Below, one piece after another: positions 7,938 to 17,017 of a DNA stretch of 50,589 nucleotides. A model generated the notes under the pieces. The model saw nothing but the letters and a program-made list of their open reading frames with translations. It did no database searches and was not told the origin of the DNA. Made by a program: the position numbers and the translations under genes. The stretch covers positions 1 to 50,589 of the IMG/VR virus record IMGVR_UViG_3300033150_001454; one strand, written 5' to 3'. The stretch comes from a virus. Taxonomy: Duplodnaviria; Caudoviricetes. Every line of letters starts with the position of its first letter. The first letter of the stretch is position 1.

Positions 7938-9527
7938 TCACCTCATATAATTGAGTAGTTTGAAGAATTGAGTTGGCAATTCGCATATGTTGTGGGTGAA
8001 GGTGAAAGAGTTAGGAATTCTGGTTAGGTACTCGATGAAGGGATTTTGAGCCTCGATCCTCACATCACTCAGTAATAAGACTCCAACCTTCTTGCCATCC
8101 TGCCTGATCCTCTCTATCATCTTGTATGCGTATTCAGGATCATTAGGCATGCCGTCAGTTATTATGATGAGCTTATCTATCCTTGAGAGGTAGTCGGATA
8201 TTCGATTGAGGACGAAGCCTAACGGTGTGCCTCCGTCTGGTATTAGTCCGGCAATTCTGCTCTTAGTCATGGAATCGAATGGCGTAGTAATGTCTTTGAT
8301 GGCTGAGATCTGACTGCCAGAGAAAGAGGTTAAGGCGAAGTCTATGCCTACATAATCCATGGCTGAAGTTATCACTGCGATCGCTGCCCTGTATAAGTCT
8401 GCATAATCACTGATCGAGGCTGACATGTCTATGAGGATCAAGAACTTGCCTCTCGGTACAAGCTGTCTCTCATCTATGAAGAATTTGGGCTTCTCATGCT
8501 TCTCATATACTCTCGAAATGAGGAAGGATTCTGGTTCTATATCGTCGCCTATATGGCTTATAGTTTCTATCCATCCAACTTGCCACTTCATCAAGTTGTT
8601 CTTCAGTATTTCAGCTTCCGTCTTTACCGGCTCGTATATGAGGCTCCAATCGCCTAATTGATCCTGTACTCTGCCTTTCATGCTTCCAGCCATCTTCTGC
8701 AGAACTAATAATACCTGCTTGTATTCCTCGATATCCTTCTTTATCTCTTCAAATTCGAGCACAATGCTTTCGGGTAGCTCAACTTCTTTAATTCCCTTAT
8801 TTACGAGTCCTTGGTTCATGATGAGGACTAGCAGATTAGCGAGTTCTGATTTATACTCAGGTTCTATCCATGCATCCCTCAGGATGTTATAAGATTTCAT
8901 AACCGCCTCTTTCAGATCATCCACGGTCTCTATCTCAGTCATTATCTCCTTAACTTTGTAGACTAAATCTCGCCATTCATTCCTCTCCTCAAATTCATAA
9001 TCGAATAGAAGGATGCCCATCATCTCGTTTAGCTGTAGGTGAGAATCGATGTCTGACGGATTTAGCTTAAGTTTTTCATTCATCACAGCTGGGTTTTCAA
9101 GAATGAGATTCATTCCCGCACGTCCGACTTCTTTCATGAATTCTTGTTCCTGAGAGTATTTATAGTCTCTTAGACCGAGCTTTTCAATCCTATAATCCTC
9201 AAAGATTTCGATGAGGTTCTTTATCAAAAGAAGTTTTGCATCCTTAAGAGTATGCATTTGATCATAGAACTCATCAAAAATTGCCTCTTTATCAAGTGAG
9301 AATCTGAGGTGTTGAGCTTCATGCCAAGTACAAAACCTGTAGAACCTCCATCTTTTAATATCAGTTAAGTCCAGCTCAACCTCGTATGGAATTTCCTGGT
9401 AATAGCTTGGGAGGACAACGTATCTATGCTTCACATCTGCTCCGAACCAGCTACCTCTATACACTATAGTTTCTTTATCTTCACTCCACGCTTTCACAAG
9501 GAAGGATAATACTTCATCTGGATTCAT
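7938..9527 (-). CDS. vWA (MIDAS) domain protein, CobT/NorD-like, with N-terminal HExxH motif
   Basis: WHEAQH, EDYRIE, ILIDMSAS, GGTP, IIITDG. Confidence 0.85.
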   Translation of the reverse strand: MNPDEVLSFLVKAWSEDKETIVYRGSWFGADVKHRYVVLPSYYQEIPYEVELDLTDIKRWRFYRFCTWHEAQHLRFSLDKEAIFDEFYDQMHTLKDAKLLLIKNLIEIFEDYRIEKLGLRDYKYSQEQEFMKEVGRAGMNLILENPAVMNEKLKLNPSDIDSHLQLNEMMGILLFDYEFEERNEWRDLVYKVKEIMTEIETVDDLKEAVMKSYNILRDAWIEPEYKSELANLLVLIMNQGLVNKGIKEVELPESIVLEFEEIKKDIEEYKQVLLVLQKMAGSMKGRVQDQLGDWSLIYEPVKTEAEILKNNLMKWQVGWIETISHIGDDIEPESFLISRVYEKHEKPKFFIDERQLVPRGKFLILIDMSASISDYADLYRAAIAVITSAMDYVGIDFALTSFSGSQISAIKDITTPFDSMTKSRIAGLIPDGGTPLGFVLNRISDYLSRIDKLIIITDGMPNDPEYAYKMIERIRQDGKKVGVLLLSDVRIEAQNPFIEYLTRIPNSFTFTHNICELPTQFFKLLNYMR

Positions 9528-9531
9528 ATGA

Positions 9532-9777
9532 TCATCCTCGCCTTATTTTCAAAGGCTTCACGATCACGTAGTTAGGCTTGACTTTAATTATGACGCCTTC
9601 TACTACGTCGCCAGGCTTTATCTTGTAGGATAGAGGATCTGCATCAGCGAATAATACGATTTTGCCGTTTACGAGCCTGCTTATGGGCAACTTTCCCTTC
9701 TTCCCCTCCAGTGCTACTACGGTAACCTCTTCGTCCACATTCTCAGTAACCATATATGATTCTTCTAAGGCTTCCAA
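9532..9777 (-). CDS. Small TRAM/OB-fold-like protein
   Basis: GKKG..ISRLVNGKIVLF...PGDVVEGVIIKVKPNY pattern. Confidence 0.55.
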   Translation of the reverse strand: MEALEESYMVTENVDEEVTVVALEGKKGKLPISRLVNGKIVLFADADPLSYKIKPGDVVEGVIIKVKPNYVIVKPLKIRRG

Positions 9778-9778
9778 A

Positions 9779-9973
9779 TCAGACTTCCTCCCTCACTTCA
9801 ATAATCGCTTCTACCGATTTAGCAAGGTAATTAGCTACGTAAAGTTTGGCTTCAGACTCATCAATGTCGAATGCGACCATTCTCTTTATTATCTCATCAA
9901 ATGTTTTTTGAAGATCTTTGGGTAAGACTCTCTCCTTGAATTCATCAGGAGTTAATAATATCAATACCTTCAA
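9779..9973 (-). CDS. Hypothetical protein
   Basis: ORF coupled to neighbours. Confidence 0.55.
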   Translation of the reverse strand: MKVLILLTPDEFKERVLPKDLQKTFDEIIKRMVAFDIDESEAKLYVANYLAKSVEAIIEVREEV

Positions 9974-10992
9974 TTCAGACCACCTATCTTACTTTCTATT
10001 AGTTCTATGGCTTGTCGTTTTACTGTCTCTCCCCATTGTGCATATACTTCTACTAAGACCATATTTATTGCATCTTCGAGCTTGATGTCTGAGGATAGGA
10101 GTTTTGCTATCGCAATGCTCTCTCGAATGCTTGGTACGTAAGGTAATTCAGTTGCCCTTAAGAATTGTATCGTCTTGATTACGTCAAGCATTTCTTGGAA
10201 ATATTTTCTAATCTCTGGTACATGTAGCTTTACTATATTGTACTCTGTACTGAGATCAGGGTATGAGAGCTCTAACTTAACGGGAAATCTCGATATTATC
10301 TGTGCAGGTAACATCTTGGTGCCTAAATGGAGTCTGTCTAAGGGATTAATTGATGCCACACAAAACCATCCTTCTCTTGCTTTAAACGTTCTTCCTTCCA
10401 CATTTACTTCCTTCCTGTGATCAAGTGCCTCGTCGATTCGAACTAAGGTATCCGGTTCGGATGTATTGAGTTCATCCAGATATAATATGCCTCCTTCTTC
10501 CATGCTCAGAATTAACGGTCCCTTCTTGAAGTAGAGATTGCCCTTCTCATCCGTATCGAGACGGCCTATTATGTGATGCTCTCTAGTCCTCAAGCTACAG
10601 GGTATTATTCTTAGAGGTTTCTTCAATATTTCAGCTGCCTTGCGTATTGCCTCAGTCTTGCCTGTACCTGCCGGACCTATCAACAGCACATTAAGACCTA
10701 AATTATAACATTTTAAGAGTTTTGAAACTACGCCTTGCCAGTCATCATATATAACGTTCTTGGGTATTAGATAATCTTCCTCAAGCTCTTCTTCACTCTT
10801 ACCAGGTATGCTAACTGAGACCCATGTGTTTCTGCCTACTTTCTTGATTTGTCCCGTATTTCTGAGTATATTTAACTCTCTCAGGAGATCCTTAGGAGAT
10901 ACTGCAAGCTTGATTGTGAGATCGCTTACTGTCCAGTCTCCTTTCTCTCTAAAACACTCAATTATTTGTTCTCTTAAATTCATTCTTATCAA
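9970..10992 (-). CDS. MoxR/CbbQ-family AAA+ ATPase with N-terminal wHTH
   Basis: GPAGTGKT, GPL..SM..G.ILYLDELN, ASINP, SRF, PSIRE; vWA partner downstream. Confidence 0.9.
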   Translation of the reverse strand: MIRMNLREQIIECFREKGDWTVSDLTIKLAVSPKDLLRELNILRNTGQIKKVGRNTWVSVSIPGKSEEELEEDYLIPKNVIYDDWQGVVSKLLKCYNLGLNVLLIGPAGTGKTEAIRKAAEILKKPLRIIPCSLRTREHHIIGRLDTDEKGNLYFKKGPLILSMEEGGILYLDELNTSEPDTLVRIDEALDHRKEVNVEGRTFKAREGWFCVASINPLDRLHLGTKMLPAQIISRFPVKLELSYPDLSTEYNIVKLHVPEIRKYFQEMLDVIKTIQFLRATELPYVPSIRESIAIAKLLSSDIKLEDAINMVLVEVYAQWGETVKRQAIELIESKIGGLN

Positions 10993-11057
10993 CCCGTGAA
11001 CGTATCTAAGTCTCTCAAGAAATTAGTATATAAGTATTGCTTCTTATACAAGATATT

Positions 11058-11138
11058 ATATTAATTAATACAATATATTAAATAATGGATGATAAAGCTA
11101 TAGGATAGATTATTTATAAATATGTATTAATTTAATAT
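11058..11138. promoter_or_regulatory. AT-rich promoter region with two palindromic TATTAA(T)TTAATA-type boxes
   Basis: Segments shared with 34757-34782 (direct) and 38027-38062 (inverted). Confidence 0.6.
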
Positions 11139-11152
11139 ATAATGTAGAAAGA

Positions 11153-11428
11153 TTATTTAGAGAAGAATTTAGAGAGCCATCTTCTCCAGATGAGTTTCTT
11201 GATGTACTCAGCCAAGGAGATTATACCTATGCTCGCCAAATAGTCGTATGCATCGTCGTAAGTCATACCAGCTACCTGAGCTACACCACCCACGAGACCA
11301 CCAATGACCAACGTTTGTACGAATTTTCTCAAGTCGAATTTCTCGTCTTTGCTCTTCATGAAGCCGAAGAATGCTGCTACGAGTCCTGAAAATATCCCTT
11401 GTGATACATTCCATAAAGCTTCAAACAT
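11153..11428 (-). CDS. Small membrane protein, holin-like
   Basis: 2-3 hydrophobic helices and a basic C-terminus. Confidence 0.55.
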   Translation of the reverse strand: MFEALWNVSQGIFSGLVAAFFGFMKSKDEKFDLRKFVQTLVIGGLVGGVAQVAGMTYDDAYDYLASIGIISLAEYIKKLIWRRWLSKFFSK

Positions 11429-11471
11429 CTTGCATCGTAGATAGTAGATGAATGATGATTTATAAGGATTG

Positions 11472-11843
11472 CTAAATTATGGTAGCAAGCTCTGGATGCT
11501 TCTTGCGTATATCATCAAGAGCATCTGAGAGTGATGGTTTCTTCCAGATCTTGGTGAAGAGAAAATGTAAGTATTCATGGCATAGTCCTTGAGCTAACAT
11601 CTCTACAGTTGGCTCTTCATCATCACCAAGCACGATCTCATTGTTTTCCTCATCATACGCAAAGCCTCTTACTCCTCTCAATCTCTCGAAAAGAGGATCG
11701 TCCATCTGCTTGATCACTTCTTTCCTGAACCATCTCCAATCAGAGATGAAGCTGGATGGAATTACCGTGATCTTAGGCTCTTTGTATCTTCTAATAAAGT
11801 TCATAGCCCATCTTCTCGATGTATTCTTGTATGATTGAAGCAA
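11472..11843 (-). CDS. Small zincin-like metallopeptidase
   Basis: LCHEYLH (HExxH) motif. Confidence 0.55.
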   Translation of the reverse strand: MLQSYKNTSRRWAMNFIRRYKEPKITVIPSSFISDWRWFRKEVIKQMDDPLFERLRGVRGFAYDEENNEIVLGDDEEPTVEMLAQGLCHEYLHFLFTKIWKKPSLSDALDDIRKKHPELATII

Positions 11844-11936
11844 GCTGCCTGACTAAGTCAGCATCTCCATCCAGTGTTATCTTCACACTCTCCATTGCGT
11901 ATCGTGTAGGCTCCATAATAAACTCTATACGCATTA

Positions 11937-12170
11937 TCATTCACCTCCCTTGATTAAAAACATATCCATATCCAATTCCTTAATGACTTCTGTTATCTCT
12001 TCTTCAGTACAAGGTGGAATTTCGTGTATATCCGGGAAGTATATCTCTACCGTCTTAATGACTTTCTTCATTAACTCAGGATCCAGGATTATATCTCCAG
12101 TACTATCTAAAGATATGGGTATGCACATGCCCACGAACATCGCTATCTTAAGCTTCTTCTTCTCGTCCAT
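11937..12170 (-). CDS. Hypothetical protein
   Basis: ORF in dense early cluster. Confidence 0.55.
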   Translation of the reverse strand: MDEKKKLKIAMFVGMCIPISLDSTGDIILDPELMKKVIKTVEIYFPDIHEIPPCTEEEITEVIKELDMDMFLIKGGE

Positions 12171-12336
12171 CCTCTTTCACTACTAAGTATTCTACTATAA
12201 AGCTCCTATGCTCTGAATCTCCAGCTAAGTAGCGAACGTTAAGGGTTACTGAAGTAATGTAGCATGGCTTTTCCAGTCCAAGCTTGTCTACTATTTCATC
12301 CTCAGTGAATTCCTTAATTCTCTTCTTCAATCTCAT
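12148..12336 (-). CDS. Hypothetical protein
   Basis: ORF overlapping neighbours. Confidence 0.5.
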   Translation of the reverse strand: MRLKKRIKEFTEDEIVDKLGLEKPCYITSVTLNVRYLAGDSEHRSFIVEYLVVKEDGREEEA

Positions 12337-12571
12337 CTAACTCGCCTCTCAAGAACGCTTCAGCATCTTCCTCGTTATCGAATAATATAGCATGACATTC
12401 AGGACAGCTATAATCCATGATATCTCCAAAGCCTCCACAGGAATTCCAATTTGTATAATCTATAGTTCCATTCTTTCTTAGGCTGACTGTTGCAGTAACG
12501 TATTCTTCACCAGAAAATATTAAGTAATTTATCTCTTTACCACATTCTGGACATTTAGGCATATCTGTCAC
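12314..12571 (-). CDS. Zinc-ribbon protein
   Basis: CPECGKEI...CPECHA. Confidence 0.7.
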   Translation of the reverse strand: MTDMPKCPECGKEINYLIFSGEEYVTATVSLRKNGTIDYTNWNSCGGFGDIMDYSCPECHAILFDNEEDAEAFLRGELDEIEEEN

Positions 12572-12573
12572 CT

Positions 12574-12786
12574 CTACTTAAATCTTATAAGCTCAAGATC
12601 TATTCTTCCACCACATTTAGGGCAAACTATTTGATCCATTTGGTAATCTACAGGTTCTGTATCTTCTGTGTAGCCATAACTGAATGAACCATCAGACATC
12701 TCTTGGAATACTTCTCTGATCCATACAAGCTCCTTGCCTTCTACAAAGATATAATCTATCTCTTCTCCACAGTTAGGGCATTTCAT
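12574..12786 (-). CDS. Zinc-ribbon protein, paralog of 12314..12571
   Basis: CPNCGEEIDY...CPKCGG. Confidence 0.7.
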   Translation of the reverse strand: MKCPNCGEEIDYIFVEGKELVWIREVFQEMSDGSFSYGYTEDTEPVDYQMDQIVCPKCGGRIDLELIRFK

Positions 12787-13043
12787 CTCGTATCAACTCC
12801 ACTAAATCTTTCAAGATCCAAGAGCCTGAGAACTTCAGCTATTTCTTCTGGAGTTACATTACCGATATTCCAAGGATCTCCTTCTTCTTCATTCGTCTTA
12901 TTGATTGAATAAGCTACCGCGTCAGGCATGAGCATTATTCTGGGTACTCCCAGCATAGCTTCCGTCGTCATAATTGATAGTGCACTGAAGTGACCCATGA
13001 GGAATGCGAGCTTGAGTTGTCTCTCAGTCACCAAATAAGCCAC
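12783..13043 (-). CDS. Hypothetical protein
   Basis: ORF with ATGA coupling. Confidence 0.55.
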   Translation of the reverse strand: MAYLVTERQLKLAFLMGHFSALSIMTTEAMLGVPRIMLMPDAVAYSINKTNEEEGDPWNIGNVTPEEIAEVLRLLDLERFSGVDTR

Positions 13044-13046
13044 CTT

Positions 13047-13394
13047 CTATCCTATCATGCATTCTTTTAACTTAATGAACCTGTTGTACTCCTCCTTTAC
13101 CTCATCAGTTATCTCTTTGAAGTGCTCTCTTACATATTTATAGAAACCGCTTGAGTCATAGTCGCCTATCACCACGATGCTATCAAATGCCCATCTCCCT
13201 GCATTTGGATGCTCTTCAATGCCATTGATGTCTCCTCCTCCTGTTTGGTCGCTCTTCCTCAACAGATAAGCTAAGACTCCGATCTGATTGTTAGCACATA
13301 TCTCCCAAAGCTTGAGACCACAGCCTAGCTTATGTGGATGCAGATATTCTTGCTTCGTCTCATTCACTATTAAGAAGTATTGACCCATATTCAT
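13047..13394 (-). CDS. Conserved phage hypothetical protein
   Basis: MGQYF.IVN..K.EYLHPH..G.GLKL.E...GRWA.D.IV..GDY pattern recalled from phage proteins. Confidence 0.7.
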   Translation of the reverse strand: MNMGQYFLIVNETKQEYLHPHKLGCGLKLWEICANNQIGVLAYLLRKSDQTGGGDINGIEEHPNAGRWAFDSIVVIGDYDSSGFYKYVREHFKEITDEVKEEYNRFIKLKECMIG

Positions 13395-13579
13395 TCTACC
13401 TCGTATACGGCTATGTAGTCATCTCCTTCTGGACAAGGGAATGCTACGATGATTGGTGGGAATGTTGTAGGAGTCGATAGAACTACATCCACATCTTCGA
13501 ATCTCTTCGCTTCTCTATTGAATTTCACTAAGTCTGCTCTTCCATAGTATACAAGCTTTAATTTATAAGGCATTAGCAA
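13391..13579 (-). CDS. Hypothetical protein
   Basis: ORF with coupling to neighbours. Confidence 0.5.
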   Translation of the reverse strand: MLMPYKLKLVYYGRADLVKFNREAKRFEDVDVVLSTPTTFPPIIVAFPCPEGDDYIAVYEVE

Positions 13580-13773
13580 TCATCCTCCCATATTATCTTA
13601 GGAATTATGCCTTTCCGTTCAAGCTCTGATATGACCTCTGCACAAGTATCGCAGACGAGGAATGATTCGTCATTGTCCAATTCGACTATCTTGCCATCAC
13701 CGAGTTCATCAGTTCCACAGAATTCGCAGACTTCATCGGTTTCTCTATCCCTAATTCTCACTATTTTAGGCAT
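13573..13773 (-). CDS. Small zinc-finger protein immediately downstream of the hammerhead ribozyme
   Basis: CEFCG...VCDTC; its RBS GGAGG is hammerhead stem I. Confidence 0.65.
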   Translation of the reverse strand: MPKIVRIRDRETDEVCEFCGTDELGDGKIVELDNDESFLVCDTCAEVISELERKGIIPKIIWEDDC

Positions 13774-13780
13774 GTTAATA

Positions 13781-13846
13781 GCCTCCGACCCGCCTCATCA
13801 CGAGGAAATAACGGGTTTCGACTCTCATGAGTCTCGTCAGGGAGGC
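13781..13846 (-). ncRNA. Hammerhead ribozyme (type I)
   Basis: Minus strand: GCCUCC-CUGACGA-GACUC(AUGA)GAGUC-GAAA-CCCG...CGGG-UC-GGAGGC; all conserved core nucleotides, three helices and a GUC cleavage triplet. Confidence 0.9.
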
Positions 13847-13940
13847 AGTCGAGTCTGTAGGTTAACAGCTGAAGATAGACCAGTGAAATTTGACCATGCA
13901 GGGATTTCACTGATCTGCTGTGCTGTGAACCATCCTACCA

Positions 13941-14159
13941 TCATTCACGAAAAACTATCTCGGCTTTCCCTGCCTTCACATCTCTTGCGAGACCTATGAC
14001 TATTTGGGCTATCTCTTTAGGAGAGCCAGTACCAAAGAGCTCTACAACATCAGCCCATGCATCTGGATCCTCTATGGGGCCTATGTAGTGCCTCTTGCCT
14101 GCCGAGGAAGTCTTCTTCTGCACGTATCTACCGAAGTCCATCCTTCTATTCACCTCCAT
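13941..14159 (-). CDS. Small protein, paralog of 17776..18027
   Basis: DFGRYVQK...SPKEIAQIV...AE aligns with DFRRYIQK...SPTELSQIV...AE. Confidence 0.65.
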   Translation of the reverse strand: MEVNRRMDFGRYVQKKTSSAGKRHYIGPIEDPDAWADVVELFGTGSPKEIAQIVIGLARDVKAGKAEIVFRE

Positions 14160-14166
14160 TAAATTG

Positions 14167-14433
14167 TTAATATGAATGCTCCCATTCCAGATTAAGGAGC
14201 AAGAGTGAGAGAACAGTTAGGAATATCACGCCTATAATGAATAGAAGAAGAATGGAAGCCATTAAGATCGGTTCCAATATTTCTAAAAGTGAAAAATTGA
14301 GTAATTCACGAATTGGTACTTCGAAAAGGTCAGTGTCAAAGGAAGACAGTTTTTGTATAAAGGAGATGAACATTATCCAAGCGCATATAGTCGAGACCCA
14401 GACTATCATTGATTCAATGCTCGGTCTTCTCAT
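14167..14433 (-). CDS. Membrane protein
   Basis: Two long hydrophobic segments. Confidence 0.55.
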   Translation of the reverse strand: MRRPSIESMIVWVSTICAWIMFISFIQKLSSFDTDLFEVPIRELLNFSLLEILEPILMASILLLFIIGVIFLTVLSLLLLNLEWEHSY

Positions 14434-14550
14434 CTTCCCAACCTCATTTGGATAAATTTCTTATATGGGTTCACCTCTTCTTGAGGCTCTGTAAATACCA
14501 ACTTCTTGCATGTGAATATAAAGTTTGGAGACTCTACAATGTATTCTTCA

Positions 14551-14955
14551 TCAGTCTCCTTCAGTCTCCATCTTCTCGCTGCCATCATCAGCACGTCGTA
14601 CGGAAGTCTTATTTTCTCCTTCAAGGAAAACACCTAATAATTGAGTATTAAGCATCCATTCATAATGCTTCCCAGGTTTTCTCTTAAAGATGAGTAAATG
14701 TTTATCTCCTAGTTGATGAAGTGCTTGAATAATATTCCTTGAGTTTATTCCATTTATGAAACTTATAAGAGATGAAGTTATTGGAAGTCCTAGTCTATGC
14801 AGGATTATGGCGTATTTCAACAGCCTGAATGACTTGTTAGTTGGAAGGAGGTATTTGATGTTCTTGGATCTTAAGAACCAATAGAGAGACCAGTCGTCTA
14901 TCTTCTGTGCCTCTTTAAGTACGTGCTCTCTCAGCTCTTGGAGATTCAACTCCAT
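14551..14955 (-). CDS. Winged-helix DNA-binding protein
   Basis: ITSSLIS...SRNIIQALHQLGDKHLL...HYEW wHTH-like pattern. Confidence 0.5.
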   Translation of the reverse strand: MELNLQELREHVLKEAQKIDDWSLYWFLRSKNIKYLLPTNKSFRLLKYAIILHRLGLPITSSLISFINGINSRNIIQALHQLGDKHLLIFKRKPGKHYEWMLNTQLLGVFLEGENKTSVRRADDGSEKMETEGD

Positions 14956-15033
14956 CCTCGCCCATCCTATCCAAGATAAGACTCTAACTCGTTCTCTACT
15001 ATATAGAGAAAATCTCCTTCCATCCGCTATTGC

Positions 15034-16374
15034 TTATTGCTTAGCAAACTTCTGCTTGAATTTCTCGTATGCGTTCTTCGGCTTCTTAATTCTCACATCA
15101 CCAGGTATGTTGTAAATGTATGCGATGTCGGCTGCGCACTTTGATAGTGCGTGGATCATTTGGTATGTGCCATCTATAGCATTGTACCTTGCATGAGTTA
15201 GTTCGTGATGAAGGCTTGCGAATGCATCCCTGTAATTCAAGAGCCTATCAGCGGATATCGCAACTTCCTTGGAATTCTTGATCCACACCGCCGCTTCTTC
15301 AGGAGGCAAGAGGTATGCATTCACCTTGAAGTTTCCAAGCCTTGATGCGACCTTCCTCAGCTTCGTCAAGTTAACGAGCTGTGTCTCATTGAGATCCCAG
15401 TCCGCTATCCTTATCCTCTTCTGGTTGCTCTTGAAGAATACAAATTTCAGGTCAGTCATTATGCCCGACTTCACGAATCCTTCGTAGAAGTCTGGAGGCA
15501 AATCTATCATCTTGCCTCCTCTCCACTTAGCTTCAGTAGTCCACTGTTCAGAAGTCTTCAGGAATGCGTTGTCCCCAAAGACTTCGTAGAATGCATCCGC
15601 AAACTTCTTCTTGTGCTTGTGCTCGTAAGAGAAGTAGCAGTTATGGAATTCCCACTTCTTCTCCTTTATTGCTTCCATGAACTTGACTAATAGATTGTAG
15701 TCGTCCACGTTAGCCCATAGTCTTCCTATTTCCCACTTCAAATTCCATGGGTCAGCTATTCCCCTTGATTCTTCAAGCTTCACGTCCCATAAGTTATAGG
15801 AGAACTTTGCATCTGGCAAGTCCTGAACGTAGATGTCCTTGACGTAGAGCCTTGTGGGTTCTTCCAGGAATATCTCTGCCTTGTCTCCATAAATCGTCTT
15901 ACCTGACCAGGCTGGCTTCTTCTTGAGTGCGAATCTTCCCTCAAACGTGTCTCCATGATATCCATGAATTATAACTTCAGTGCCCCTAATGCTGTTATTG
16001 AGCTTGCGGTACAAGAGCTTGAGGCACTGCTCGTCCTCTATTTCATGTGTAGAAGTCTTAACTTCGAGACCGTTGGATCTTATTGTGATGTCGTATCCGA
16101 GGCGCTTGAAGACCACAAGTGCGATCTTCAGTCCTTCGCCGAATCTGCCCCTCGAATTCTTGCTCTTCTTCTCTGATACTCCGAATAACAAGTGCTTGAC
16201 CGCTAAGCCAGAGCCGTTATCCCTGATTATCGTGCCTCGTTCATCCTGTATTACTTCAAAGTCCTCAGTCTCGTCTAATGAATTCTGGATTATCTCTCTT
16301 ATGGCTTCCCATTCTCCCCAATGTTTACGATAGTTGAGAGAAATTGGATAGAGAATCTCTTGCCATTCAGTCAA
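15034..16374 (-). CDS. GHKL (HATPase_c) ATPase fused to C-terminal zincin-like domain
   Basis: AIREIIQNSLD, IRDNGSG, GRFGEGLK, GTEV; C-terminal HHELTH. Confidence 0.8.
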   Translation of the reverse strand: MTEWQEILYPISLNYRKHWGEWEAIREIIQNSLDETEDFEVIQDERGTIIRDNGSGLAVKHLLFGVSEKKSKNSRGRFGEGLKIALVVFKRLGYDITIRSNGLEVKTSTHEIEDEQCLKLLYRKLNNSIRGTEVIIHGYHGDTFEGRFALKKKPAWSGKTIYGDKAEIFLEEPTRLYVKDIYVQDLPDAKFSYNLWDVKLEESRGIADPWNLKWEIGRLWANVDDYNLLVKFMEAIKEKKWEFHNCYFSYEHKHKKKFADAFYEVFGDNAFLKTSEQWTTEAKWRGGKMIDLPPDFYEGFVKSGIMTDLKFVFFKSNQKRIRIADWDLNETQLVNLTKLRKVASRLGNFKVNAYLLPPEEAAVWIKNSKEVAISADRLLNYRDAFASLHHELTHARYNAIDGTYQMIHALSKCAADIAYIYNIPGDVRIKKPKNAYEKFKQKFAKQ

Positions 16375-16492
16375 TATCGCTCACCAACCAGTATATACCA
16401 TAAAGATTTGCAGAGCCGCCTTTCAGGACAACTTCGACACAATTTGCTATATAGTCGTCATAAGCTTTGAGAACCTCATCCTTCAAGCCCAT

Positions 16493-16999
16493 TCACTCAC
16501 CTCCAACAAATCGCTTCCTGAATAGCTCGTAAGCGTTTTCTCGGGTTCGCTTACGAGAACGGTTTAATTTGTTTCGGCGTTTGTAGGCTCGAAGTATGGA
16601 GGGCCAAAATTCCTTCATGAAGCGCTCGTAACTGCAGAGTTGACCGGAGGGCCACAGCCTGAAGAACGTTCGATTGGGTGCGGGTCGAGCCATCGGAACT
16701 ATTGAGAGCTGTTGAGGTGAAGGTTCAAGGCGAGAGCGGCGTAACTCTTCGACTATGCGCTGATGTTCGAGATAGCGCTTATTGGCTCGCCTCATTCGCT
16801 TGACTTCTGTTGGAGTGAGCTGTCCCTTGTATGCTATGCCCATTCGCCTAAGGAAACGCTCATAAGACAAATTGGCTCGCTCAATGCGCCGGATAACGCG
16901 CTTTTCGTCATCAGTTAGTAAATCGTAGGGTAATTGCTGGATTTGCTGTATGTAATCGCTTGAAAACTCGTTTTTCGCTTCACTGGAACTTTTCATCAT
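16493..16999 (-). CDS. Basic hypothetical protein, first gene of the leftward operon
   Basis: 168-aa Arg-rich ORF; visibly more CGN codons than neighbours. Confidence 0.6.
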   Translation of the reverse strand: MMKSSSEAKNEFSSDYIQQIQQLPYDLLTDDEKRVIRRIERANLSYERFLRRMGIAYKGQLTPTEVKRMRRANKRYLEHQRIVEELRRSRLEPSPQQLSIVPMARPAPNRTFFRLWPSGQLCSYERFMKEFWPSILRAYKRRNKLNRSRKRTRENAYELFRKRFVGGE

Positions 17000-17017
17000 T
17001 TTACTTCACTTTGTGAG

